A stretch of 64,000 bases of DNA, taken from contig NW_021832396.1 of assembly GCF_006345805.1 (NCBI RefSeq), forward strand, positions 1-64,000, given 5' to 3'. Shown one piece after another: positions 48,360 through 60,678 of the stretch. Under the pieces are notes generated by a model. It was not told the DNA's origin. It did not search any database and saw nothing but the letters and a program-made list of their open reading frames with translations. The stretch is from Octopus sinensis. Taxonomy: Eukaryota. A program made the position numbers and the translations under genes. How positions within the stretch are numbered: position 1 is the first letter of the stretch; the number at the start of each line of letters is the position of its first letter.

Positions 48360-49182
48360 CTTTGTTTCTTTACTACCCTCAAGGGGCTAAACAGAGAGGG
48401 GACAGACAAGGACAGACAAACGGATTAAATTGATTATATCGACCCCAGTGTGTAACTAGTACTTAATTTATCGACCCCAGTGAGAAACTGGTAGTTAATT
48501 TATTGACACCAGTGTGTAACTGGTACTTAATTTATCGACCCCAGTGTGAAACTGGTAGTTAATTTATTGACACCAGTGCGTAACTGGTACTTAATTTAAC
48601 GACTCCAGTGAGAAACTGGTAGTTAATTTATTGACACCAGTGTGTAACTGGTACTTAATTTAACGACCCCAGTGAGAAACTGGTAGTTAATTTATTGACA
48701 CCAGTGTGTAACTGGTACTTAATTTATCGACCCCAGTGAGAAACTGGTAGTCAATTTATTGACACCAGTGCGTAACTGGTACTTAATTTAACGACCCCAG
48801 TGAGAAACTGGTAGTTAATTTATTGACACCAGTGTGTAACTGGTACTTAATTTAACGACCCCAGTGAGAAACTGGTAGTCAATTTATTGACACCAGTGCG
48901 TAACTGGTACTTATAAATGAGCCAGTTAATTTATCGACCCCAGTGAGAAACTGGTAGTCAATTTATTGACACCAGTGCGTAACTGGTACTTAATTTATCG
49001 ACCCCAGTGAGAAACTGGTAGTCAATTTATTGACACCAGTGTGTAACTGGTACGTAATTTATCGACCCCAAAAGGATGAAAGGCAAAGTCGACCTCGGCA
49101 GAATTTGAACTCAGAACATAACGGCAGACAAAATACAGCTACGCATTTCACCCGGTGTGCTAATGCTTCTGCCAGCTCGACG
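48360..49182 (-). repeat. Nin-like SINE whose internal 32-bp segment is amplified ~19-20 times (48437-49068)
   Basis: The SINE tail and head are intact on either side. GACCCCAGTGAGAAACTGGTAGTTAATTTATT alternates with GACACCAGTG(T/C)GTAACTGGTACTTAATTT. Confidence 0.9.
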
Positions 49183-49279
49183 TCCTATTGTTTCATTTCA
49201 TACCATTGGTGGATTAGATTTATTTTGGTACAATACATGTAGACAGGTATTATCATCCCGCAGTGGAAAATATCTGCGT

Positions 49280-50485
49280 CCCCAAAGTCCATCCCCTCCT
49301 CACCGTAGCGGGGATGCTGGCAATGGGCAGTGTCAGAGCTATGCTATCGGGGAACTTCGGTTCCTGGTAGGGCCACAACCCGGGATGCTAGCAATGGGTA
49401 GTGTCAGAGCTATGCCGTCGGGAACTTCGGTTCCTGGTAGGGCCACCCGAGGCGGATTTGTCTGACACCGTGTGGTATTAGGGCCACAACCCGGGACGCT
49501 AGCAATGGGCAGTGTCAGAGCTATGCTGTCGGGGAACTTCGGTTCCTGGTAGGGCCACAACCCGGGATGATAGCAACGGGTAGTGTCAGAGCTATGCCGT
49601 CGGGAACTTTGGTTCCTGGTAGGGCCACCCGAAGCGGATTTGTCTGACACCGAGTGGTATTAGGGCCACAACCCGGGACGCTAGCAATGGGCAGTGTCAG
49701 AGCTATGCCGTCGGGAACTTCGGTTCCTGGTAGGGCCACCCGAGGCGGATTTGTCTGACACCGTGTGGTATTAGGGCCACAACCCGGGACGCTAGCAATG
49801 GGCAGTGTCAGAGCTATGCTGTCGGGGAACTTTGGTTCCTGGTAGGGCCACAACCCGGGATGCTAGCAATGGGTAGTGTCAGAGCTATGCCGTCGGGAAC
49901 TTCGGTTCCTGGTAGGGCCACCCGAGGCGGATTTGTCTGACACCGTGTGGTATTAGGGCCACAACCCGGGACGCTAGCAATGGGCAGTGTCAGAGCTATG
50001 CTGTCGGGGAACTTCGGTTCCTGGTAGGGCCACAACCCGGGATGCCAGCAATGGGTAGTGTCAGAGCTATGCCGTCGGGAACATCGGTTCCTGGTAGGGC
50101 CACCCGAAGCGGATTTGTCTGACACCGAGTGGTATTAGGGCCACAACCCGGGACGCTAGCAATGAGCAGTGTCAGAGCTATGCCGTCGGGAACATCGGTT
50201 CCTGGTAGGGCCACCCGAAGCGGATTTGTCTGACACCGAGTGGTATTAGGGCCACAACCCGGGACGCTAGCAATGGGCAGTGTCAGAGCTATGCCGTCGG
50301 GAACTTCGGTTCCTGGTAGGGCCACCCGAGGCGGATTTGTCTGACACCGTGTGGTATTAGGGCCACAACCCGGGACGCTAGCAATGGGCAGTGTCAGAGC
50401 TATGCCGTCGGGAACTTCGGTTCCTGGTAGGGCCACCCGAGGTGGATTTGTCTGACACTGAATGGTATTAGGGCCACAACCCGGC
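49280..50485. repeat. Second array of the 111-bp satellite family mixing 111-bp and 71-bp units (475-bp higher-order repeat)
   Basis: Spurious ORF pairs are offset by 475 bp (49339/49814 and 49521/49996); 475 = 3x111 + 2x71. Confidence 0.9.
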
Positions 50486-51064
50486 CCTAATTAGATGAAT
50501 GAGACACATCACGAAAACGACTGCAAATAGATATTCAAGACGACGACACGGAAAGCAAAGACCCTGCAATAACAGAAATACTTAAAGATATACATCAATG
50601 GAAATAGTAGTTGTGATACCGATCGTGGCTGTTTGCCAGCCTCGTCTGGCCCCCGTGCTGGTGGCATGTAAAAAGCACCATCCGATCGTCGCCGTTTGCC
50701 AACCTCGTCTGGCACCTATGCAGGTGGCACGTAAAAAGCACCCACTACACTCATGGAGTGGTTGGCGTTAGGAAGGGCATCCAGCTGTAGAAACACTGCC
50801 AGATCAGACTGGAGCCTGGTGCAGCCTTCTGGCTTCCCAGACCCCAGTTGAACCGTCCAACCCATGCTAGCATGGAAAACGGACCTTAAACGATGATGAT
50901 GATGATACCTACATCATTTGAAGATGATTGTCATGAACTCCATGGTAGTACACAAGTATCCCCTTTTTTATAGCCCCCCCCCCCACATGTAGACTAGATC
51001 CAAATTAAGAAGGACAACACTGCATAAAAGATCAACACAGGAATTTGGCACTGATTATTTTTAT

Positions 51065-51570
51065 GGGATCTTTTCCGTTTGAACGGCAGTTTTTAACATA
51101 ATTTCTAGGTAACTAAACACTTTTAAACTTCGTATACTGGTAGAATGTGTTTATAAAACATCATTTTTTTCTTGGCTTTATTGAGAAAATTCTATAGTTT
51201 GTAAGATATTTGGGTCTTTTCGGTTTGACCGGCAGTTTTTTAAAATAATTTCCACGTAACTAAACACTTTTAAACTTCGTATACTGGTAGAATGTGTTTA
51301 TAAAACATCTTTTTCTCTTGGCTTTATTGAGAAAATTCTATAGTTTGTAAGATATTTCGTCTGAAAATCCAAGCATTTTGGCAATTTTAACCAATCGATT
51401 ACCTCCATTGAACTAAAATCATTTGCTGCATCTAAAACTGAAACAACATCCTGTAACTAACCCTAACCCTAATTTTTTTTTCTTAATTGTTAATTGTTTA
51501 AATTATTTGAGGGTTAGTGACAGGATGTTGTCTCAGTTTTAGACGCAGCAAATGATTTTAGCTCAAAAGA
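51065..51570. mobile_element. GGATC-MITE derivative: duplicated terminal segment followed by a 57-bp-arm fold-back
   Basis: TIR-like starts at ~51066 and ~51212; inverted arms at 51408-51464 and 51510-51566. Confidence 0.7.
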
Positions 51571-53631
51571 GAGCACAGGATTTAGTATTTCTAAATTGAA
51601 TTTTTCCCTGTAAGTTAGGAATAATGTTCCCTCAAATTATTATTATTATTATATATATATATAGAGAGAGAGAAACAAATACTGGCACATTTTTTTGAGG
51701 GGATATCAACTCATTTGTCAGCATATTTCTGTTGAAATACATTGCCACAGTTTCAACTAATTAAAAAAAAAATGTAATTGTGAAAAATAATTTTGTCATT
51801 ATTAAGCTGGTGTAATTAACAAATTAGTTTGAATTTTGGGCAATTTAAAAAAAAAAAAACTTGAAAAAAAAAACAATGAATTTGTATCGTAGAACCAAGA
51901 TGGGGATGTAGGTATCAAAATTAATTAAACCAAACTGTTAATTAATAGAGTTAAAATTTTCATTAATGACTTAACTTTGGAAATCGTTATTGGACTAATC
52001 AACTTTTGTTATATTTAACTCCTTTGTTTTAGTCATTTGTCTGCGGCCATGCTGGAGCACCGCCTTTAAGCGAGCACATCGACCCCGGGACTTATTCTTT
52101 GTAAGCCCAGTACTTATTCTATCGGTCACTTTTGCCGAACCGCTAAGTCACGGGGACGAAAACACACCAGCATCGGTTGTCAAGTGATGTTGCGGGGACA
52201 AACAGACACACAAACATATACACGCACATACATATATATGACGGGCTTCTTTCAGTTTCCATCTACCAAATCCACTCACAAGGCTTTGGTCGGCCCAAGG
52301 GTATAGTAGAAGACACTCGCTCAAGGTGCAACGCAGTGGGACTGAACCCGGAACCATGTGGTTCGTAAGCAAGCTACTTAACACACAGCCACTCCTGCAC
52401 CTATATGAGTCTGTTAATTAAAGTCAACTTGAGTTTACTTATGTTAACTTCAATTTAATTGAAGTTAATGGATTTAATAGTTTTGGTACTTTTATAAAGG
52501 TGTTTTTAGGTGGGGTTTTTTTGAGCAAAAACGTATTTTTCGTTTTTTCTATAATATAAATGACGTTAACAATTTATTGATAACTAGCAGTATCGCCTGG
52601 CGTTGCTCGGGTTTGTAAGGGAAATAACTATATAAGCATTTTTAGAGAGTTACTTCCCTTATAAAAATCGAGCAAAAATGGATTAAAAATGCGGAAAAAT
52701 GATGGTAAATTTTTTTTTAAATCGTAGACTCATTGTAGACGTGCGCTAATATTAGGCTGTTAAGAAAGGAGACAATACTTTTGGAAGGTATGGTGGGGGA
52801 AAAAAAAAACAAGAAAAAAATGTGGTGAAATTTGAAACCAGACCGTTTAGTTTTACATATGAGACAAGACAGAACTATCTGCTGCTTTCTGGAAGGTCCC
52901 ATTATCACACAGAAAGACAACTATCGGCATTTTGGTCTTTCACATCAGGTACAGCGATTTGGTTGAGGAAATCTTTCAGGGTCAGAAAGAGCAGGTCACC
53001 GGCAGTTTCTGAAATGACAAGAATATAATACAAAATATTGACTTTTCTTTTAATTTGCCACCAGTGTGAAGGACGGACAGTGGGGCCAACAGAAAGTGTT
53101 AGGGTTTACATATAATGAAATGAGAAAAGAATTATACACAGGCATGACATCTTGAGCAAGTGTCTTCTGCTATAGCCCCGGGCCGACCAATGCCTTGTGA
53201 GTGGATTTGGTAGACGGAAACTGAAAGGAGCCTGTCGTATATATGTATATGTGTGTGTGTTTGTCCCCCTAGCATTGCTTGACAACCGGTGCTGGTGTGT
53301 TTACATCCCCGTCACTTAGCAGTTCAGCAAAATAGACCGACAGAATAAGTACTTGGCTTACAAAGAATAAGTCCCGGGGTCGATTTGCTCGACTAAAGGT
53401 GTGCTCCAGCATGGCTGCAGTCAAATGACTGAAACAAGTAAAAGAGTAAAGAGTAAGAGAGAGGCATGACAGTGTGGTAACATGCTTGCTTCCCAACCAC
53501 ATGGTTCAGGGTTCAGTCCCACTGCGTGGCACCTTGGGCAGGTGTCTTCTACTATAGCCTCAGGCCGACCAAAAGCCTTGTTAGTGGATTTGGTAGACGG
53601 AAACTGAAAGATGCTCATCATATATATACAT

Positions 53632-54451
53632 ACTAGCAGCATAGCCCGGCGTTGCCCGGGTATGTATGAGCCCCTAGTAGGCAACAACTAATCCCAATCT
53701 ACTCCTTTCCCTCTAGGGAATGAAGGCGCATGTGTAGGTTGCAATGTCTTCTCTTCACTCGAATACTTCTGTGTATACGATGTTCCTAGCTGTCCTTTGG
53801 GCGAAAACATGAAAATATCATTGCGCCTCCCAAGAGAGTTAAAAAGGTCGAGTTGCGTCCCCTAGACTGTCTGTGGTTTGTGTTTAATACACAAATCGGT
53901 TTGCTATGTGTGACACATATGATTTAATTAACCGATTTTTTCCAGTAATAAAGTATCCTATTGGAATAAAAAGGGCCATATAGCTCCTTGGAGCAGACAT
54001 GATGCTCACTGTGAATTAAAAAAAAAATTCCTGCCAATTTGTGAAAGATATTGTCGAAAATATGCCATCTTGAATTTAAACGGGATTTCCCAAAATGGCA
54101 TGATTTTATCGATTTTTTCTGATGGCAAGGTATTGCATGGAAAACTAACGTCAGAATTAAGTTTCTTAGGGTAACATTAAGCTTTACCATGAGTTTGGTG
54201 AAAATCGATTGCAAGTTGCGAAAACTACAACAGAAAATGTGTTGCATATAAGAAGCTTAGATTCTCGACGCCATGTTGAATTAATCAATTTTTTTCAGAA
54301 CTGGGGGAACTTTTCAAAATTTTAGCTGTGTTAGTTTTGAATTATGACATTGGGCTATGTGTGTGTCAAGTTTCATCAGAATCGGTTGAAAGCCGTGGTC
54401 AGAGTGAGGGTACAACCTGACAGACAAACTGCCGTTTATATATAGAGAGAT
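53632..54451 (+). mobile_element. Non-autonomous Helitron/Helentron-like element (5' piece also at ~52583-52660)
   Basis: Starts ACTAGCAGCATAGCCCGGCGTTGCCCGGG and ends ..AAGTTTCATCAGAATCGGTTG..GACAGACAAACTGCCGTTTATATATAGAGAGAT. This is typical architecture; no TSD was seen. Confidence 0.55.
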
Positions 54452-55756
54452 TCATTATCATCATCATCGTTTAACATCCGTTTTCCATGTTAGCATGGAT
54501 TGGACGGTTCGACCGGGGTCTGGGAAGGCAGCAGGCTGCACCAGGCTCCGGTCTGATCTGGCAGTGTTTCTACAGCTGGATGCCCTTCCTAACGCCAACC
54601 ACTCCGTGAGTGTAGTGGGTGCTTTTTACGTGCCACTGGCACAGAAGCCAGCACTGGCATCGGCCACGATTGGATGGCGCTTTTTATGTGCCACCGGCAC
54701 AGGTATCACAACTACAATTATATAAAGTGGAGGACAAACTTTCATTGGTCACATTCTTTTATGAAATTCATATACGGCATCAGACTAATCTTAAACTGTG
54801 AGAATACCACATTGTCACCCATAATTATGACCCGAGTATCGATCTATTGCATTTCAATCTGTTTTAGGGTTAGGGGTGGGGGAAGGGTATCTTTTTTTTC
54901 TTCAGAAATGTAAATAAACCCAATCTGTTTCTTAAACGAGGGACATATTCATACGGCACAGAATGTTTTTTTTACCTCAATAGACGTCATTGATTGGTTG
55001 AATACAGACTGGTCAACAGAAGCGGACCAATTATTCTTCATGACCACATGTTTCACTAATATCAATCTTATCGAGTGGCCAGCATGGGAATAAAAAACCT
55101 TACAAAGGTAATAATTATTTAAAACTATAAATTAGAGTATCTGAGAGAGACCACCATGCTGAAATAGCAGTCAAAACCCTGACCCTAAAAACACCTTTTG
55201 CAAGATTATTTTGTGTCTGAGTTCTCTCCTAGCGCTATAGGAACATTTAAGGTGGTTTTAGGGTCAGGGTTTTGACTGCTATTTCAGCATGGTGGTATCT
55301 CTCAGATACCCAAATATTGACTCTCCCTCTCTTTTACTCTATTACCTGTTTCAGTCATTTGACTGCGGCCATGCTGGAGCACCGCCTTTAGTTGAGCAAC
55401 TCGACCCCGGGACTTATTCTTTTTGTAAGCCCAGTACTTATTCTATCGGTCTCTTTTTGCCGAACCGCTAAGTGACGGGTACGTAAGCACACCAGCATCG
55501 GTTGTCAAGCAATGCTAGGGGAACAAACACAGACACACAAACACACACACATACATACATATATACATATATACAACAGGCTTCTTTCAGTTTCCGTCTA
55601 CCAAATCCACTCACAAGGCATTGGTCGGCCCGGGGCTATAGCAGAAGACACTTGCCCAAGATGCCACGCAGTGGGACTGAATCCGGAACCATGTGGTTGG
55701 TTAGCAAGCTACTTACCACACAGCCACTCCTGCGCCTATGTATATATAGAAATTTA

Positions 55757-56176
55757 GGATCTTTTCGGTTTGAACGGCAGTTTTTTCTAGTGGTGTCATA
55801 TGAAATTGTCACCCATAATTATGACCCTAGTATCGATCTATTGCATTTCAATCTGTTTTAGGGTTAGGGGTGGGGGAAGGATATCTTTTTTTCTTCAGAA
55901 ATGTAAATAAACCCAATCTGTTTCTTAAACGAGGGACATATTCATACGGCACAGAATGTTTTTTTTTTTTTTACCTCAATAGACGTCATTGATTGGTTGA
56001 AATTGCAGAAATTGAAGAAAAAAAAACAACAAATATCTTACAAACCATAGAATTTTCTCAATAAAGCCAAGAGAAAAAGATGTTTTATAAACACATTCTA
56101 CCAGTATACGAAGTTTAAAAGTGTTTAGTTACGTGGAAATTATTTTAAAAAACTGCCGGTCAAACCGAAAAAATCC
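55757..56176. mobile_element. 420-bp MITE with ~28-bp TIRs (GGATCTTTTCGGTTTGAACGGCAGTTTT)
   Basis: Both TIRs are present; the flanks are GAAATTTA and GAAATTTG. Confidence 0.88.
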
Positions 56177-56589
56177 GAAATTTGTAGTACCTACTTAGAA
56201 TTAAGTAGTTCAAACTATCCCTTTGTTTAATTTTATTTATCTCCAGCTGTCCCTTCCGGAATCCGTGGACACTTTATTTCTATCCGGTTATTCGTGTTTG
56301 GAAATACTTTAAATATTTCTTTCATCTCCTTTTACTTTCCTGTTTTGATAACATTAAGGATGGTCCAAATGCCAAAACAAATCCAGCATCTCAGTTGATA
56401 ACATACAAATAGATCATCATCATCATTGTTTAACGTCCGCTTTCCATGCTAGCATGGGTCGGACGATTTTGACTGAGGGCTGAGAAGACAGATCGATAGA
56501 GAGAGACAAATAAATAGACAGATAGATAAATAGATAGGTCTTCCTGGGGCTATAAACAACAATAACACAGTCTTCTATAGGATCGCCAC

Positions 56590-57330
56590 ATTCAGTTGAG
56601 AAATATAATTTGTAAGATATTTGTTGTTTTTGTTTCTTCAATTTCTGCAATTTCAACCAATCAATGGCGTCTATTGAGGTGAAGACGTTCTGTGCTGTAT
56701 GAAAATGTCCCTCGTTTAAGAAAGAGGATCTTTTCGGTTTGAACGGCAGCTTTTTAAAATAATTTCCATGTAACTAAACACTTTTAAACTTCGTATACTG
56801 GTAGAATGTGTTTATAAAACATCTTTTTCTCTTGGCTTTATTGAGAAAATTCTATAGTTTGTAAGATATTTGTTGTTTTTTGTTTCTTCAATTTCTGCAA
56901 TTTCAGCCAATCAATGACGTCTATTGAGGTAAAAAAAAAACATTCTGTGCCGTATGAATATGTCCCTCGTTTAAGAAATAGGATCTTTTCGGTTTGAACG
57001 GCAGATTTTTAAAATAATTTCCACGTAACTAAACACTTTTAAACTTCGTAATTATGGGTGGCAATTTCATATGACCCCATTAAAAAAAAACTGCCGTTCA
57101 AACCGAAAAGATCCGGTTTCTGTAGAAAAAAAAAATCCCCCGAAGATGGGTGTGGTCCATCTCCTTGCGCGTCGGGTCCACTTTTCTGTTTGACCGGCAG
57201 CTTTTTAAAATAATTTCCACCTAACTAAACACTTTTAAACATCGTATACTGGTAGAATGTATCATAATTATGGGTGACAATTTCATATGACCCCATTAAA
57301 ACAAACTGCCGTTCAAACCGAAAAGATCCG
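56590..57330. mobile_element. Nested and deleted GGATC-MITE cluster including a 134-bp mini-element (56981-57114)
   Basis: TIR starts at 56726 and 56981; reverse TIR ends at 57114 and 57329. Confidence 0.8.
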
Positions 57331-57796
57331 GTTTCTGTACAAAAAAAATCCCCCGAAGATGGGTGTGGTCCATCTCCTTTACCTTTGCCGCAATCCGATG
57401 AAATTTTAGGCAAGGTCTGCGCATCGGGTCCACTCTTCTTGAGTAGTACCAAATGTTTTCTTAATAGACTGCTTCTGTCCTTTAGGATTTAGGCAACGAT
57501 ACATTCAACCCTCTCTCGTCCACTGCGCACATTTAAAAGCTTTCTCTACGTAACCCACCGCGAGTCCTTAAAAAAAATATCGACCAGCTTTTCAGGATCG
57601 TTCACAATACCAGTAATTATAAATAACCCTAGTCGGTCCCCTTATAGCGTTAACATTTCAGGGCCCTTGTATCCCACTAGTCCCTAATTTGCCCTTAAAT
57701 CACACTAAAAAAAGGTTTTTCGAATGTTTTCCACACGCGGGTAACCATACGATTATGCAAAAAACCAAAGCAAGGTACTACTTAAGAACAGTGGCC

Positions 57797-58030
57797 CCGG
57801 TGCGCGCACTCCGGCTAGCTAGTCGTGACTAATCGATCCTACGACTACCTTGCAAAGTAAATAGAGCACAAAATAAATAATTTTTTCACACAAAGTAAAT
57901 AATTTTTGTTGAACAAGGCAAATAAAACACAAAATAATTTTTTAAACAAAGTAAATAACACGCAAAAACACAAAGTAAGGATCGACTAGTCATGAGTAGC
58001 TAGGGCGGATGTGCGAGTACGCGCACCAGG
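57797..58030. repeat. Imperfect GC-rich inverted repeats around an A-rich spacer (MITE-like)
   Basis: 57797-57840 is approximately the reverse complement of 57978-58030. Confidence 0.6.
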
Positions 58031-58039
58031 ACGCAAAGC

Positions 58040-60678
58040 AATACTTTCTTTGTGTGATTTAAAGTCGATTTAGCTGTTATTTCTAGCACATCTCATACCC
58101 CAAAGCAGTACTTTGTGATTTAAAGTCGATTTAGCTGTTATTTCTAGCACATCTCATACCCCAAAGCAGTACTTTGTGTGATTTAAAGTCGATTTAGCTG
58201 TTATTTCTAGCACATCTCATACCCCAAAGCAGTACTTTGTGATTTAAAGTCGATTTAGCTGTTATTTCTAGCACATCTCATACCCCAAAGCAATACTTTG
58301 TGTGATTTAAAGTCGATTTAGCTGTTATTTTTAGCACATCTCATACCCCAAAGCGATACTTTGTATGATTTAAAGTCGATTTAGCTGTTATTTTTAGCAC
58401 ATCTCATACCCCAAAGCAATACTTTGTATGATTTAAAGTCGATTTAGCTGTTATTTTTAGCACATCTCATACCCCAAAGCAATACTTTGTATGATTTAAA
58501 GTCGATTTAGCTGTTATTTCTAGCACATCTCATACCCCAAAGCAATACTTTGTATGATTTAAAGTCGATTTAGCTGTTATTTCTAGCACATCTCATACCC
58601 CAAAGCGATACTTTGTGTGATTTAAAGTCGATTTAGCTGTTATTTCTAGCACATCTCATACCCCAAAGCAATACTTTGTATGATTTAAAGTCGATTTAGC
58701 TGTTATTTCTAGCACATCTCATACCCCAAAGCAATACTTTGTATGATTTAAAGTCGATTTAGCTGTTATTTCTAGCACATCTCATACCCCAAAGCAATAC
58801 TTTGTATGATTTAAAGTCGATTTAGCTGTTATTTCTAGCACATCTCATACCCCAAAGCAATACTTTGTATGATTTAAAGTCGATTTAGCTGTTATTTCTA
58901 GCACATCTCATACCCCAAAGCAGTACTTTGTGTGATTTAAAGTCGATTTAGCTGTTATTTCTAGCACATCTCATACCCCAAAGCAATACTTTGTGTGATT
59001 TAAAGTCGATTTAGCTGTTATTTCTAGCACATCTCATACCCCAAAGCAATACTTTGTGTGATTTAAAGTCGATTTAGCTGTTATTTCTAGCACATCTCAT
59101 ACCCCAAAGCAGTACTTTGTATGATTTAAAGTCGATTTAGCTGTTATTTCTAGCACATCTCATACCCCAAAGCAATACTTTGTATGATTTAAAGTCAATT
59201 TAGCTGTTATTTCTAGCACATCTCATACCCCAAAGCAGTACTTTGTATGATTTAAAGTCAATTTAGCTGTTATTTCTAGCACATCTCATACCCCAAAGCA
59301 ATACTTTGTATGATTTAAAGTCGATTTAGCTGTTATTTTTAGCACATCTCATACCCCAAAGCGATACTTTGTATGATTTAAAGTCGATTTAGCTGTTATT
59401 TTTAGCACATCTCATACCCCAAAGCGATACTTTGTATGATTTAAAGTCGATTTAGCTGTTATTTTTAGCACATCTCATACCCCAAAGCAATACTTTGTAT
59501 GATTTAAAGTCGATTTAGCTGTTATTTTTAGCACATCTCATACCCCAAAGCGATACTTTGTATGATTTAAAGTCGATTTAGCTGTTATTTTTAGCACATC
59601 TCATACCCCAAAGCAGTACTTTGTATGATTTAAAGTCAATTTAGCTGTTATTTCTAGCACATCTCATACCCCAAAGCAATACTTTGTATGATTTAAAGTC
59701 GATTTAGCTGTTATTTTTAGCACATCTCATACCCCAAAGCGATACTTTGTATGATTTAAAGTCGATTTAGCTGTTATTTTTAGCACATCTCATACCCCAA
59801 AGCGATACTTTGTATGATTTAAAGTCGATTTAGCTGTTATTTTTAGCACATCTCATACCCCAAAGCGATACTTTGTATGATTTAAAGTCAATTTAGCTGT
59901 TATTTTTAGCACATCTCATACCCCAAAGCAGTACTTTGTATGAGTTAAAGTCGATTTAGCTGTTATTTTTAGCACATCTCATACCCCAAAGCGATACTTT
60001 GTATGATTTAAAGTCGATTTAGCTGTTATTTTTAGCACATCTCATACCCCAAAGCGATACTTTGTATGATTTAAAGTCGATTTAGCTGTTATTTTTAGCA
60101 CATCTCATACCCCAAAGCAATACTTTGTATGATTTAAAGTCAATTTAGCTGTTATTTCTAGCACATCTCATACCCCAAAGCAATACTTTGTGTGATTTAA
60201 AGTCAATTTAGCTGTTATTTCTAGCACATCTCATACCCCAAAGCAATACTTTGTGTGATTTAAAGTCAATTTAGCTGTTATTTCTAGCACATCTCATACC
60301 CCAAAGCAATACTTTGTGTGATTTAAAGTCGATTTAGCTGTTATTTCTAGCACATCTCATACCCCAAAGCAATACTTTGTGTGATTTAAAGTCGATTTAG
60401 CTGTTATTTCTAGCACATCTCATACCCCAAAGCAATACTTTGTATGATTTAAAGTCGATTTAGCTGTTATTTCTAGCACATCTCATACCCCAAAGCAATA
60501 CTTTGTGTGATTTAAAGTCGATTTAGCTGTTATTTCTAGCACATCTCATACCCCAAAGCAATACTTTGTATGATTTAAAGTCGATTTAGCTGTTATTTCT
60601 AGCACATCTCATACCCCAAAGCAGTACTTTGTATGATTTAAAGTCGATTTAGCTGTTATTTCTAGCACATCTCATACT
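58040..60678. repeat. 63-bp satellite, ~42 units
   Basis: Unit TACTTTGTATGATTTAAAGTCGATTTAGCTGTTATTTCTAGCACATCTCATACCCCAAAGCAA. Confidence 0.97.

Noticed and set aside
39478-50436. Repetitive 70-200-aa ORFs in the 111-bp and 150-bp arrays
   Set aside because: They are open only because the unit length is at or near a multiple of 3. They occur on both strands and other frames have stops.
51455-51470. CTAACCCTAACCCT as telomeric repeat
   Set aside because: Only two units, and they lie within a MITE-derived fold-back.
39320-60678. Regular repeat arrays as CRISPR-like loci
   Set aside because: The units are contiguous with no unique spacers, there are no cas-like ORFs, and the context is eukaryotic.
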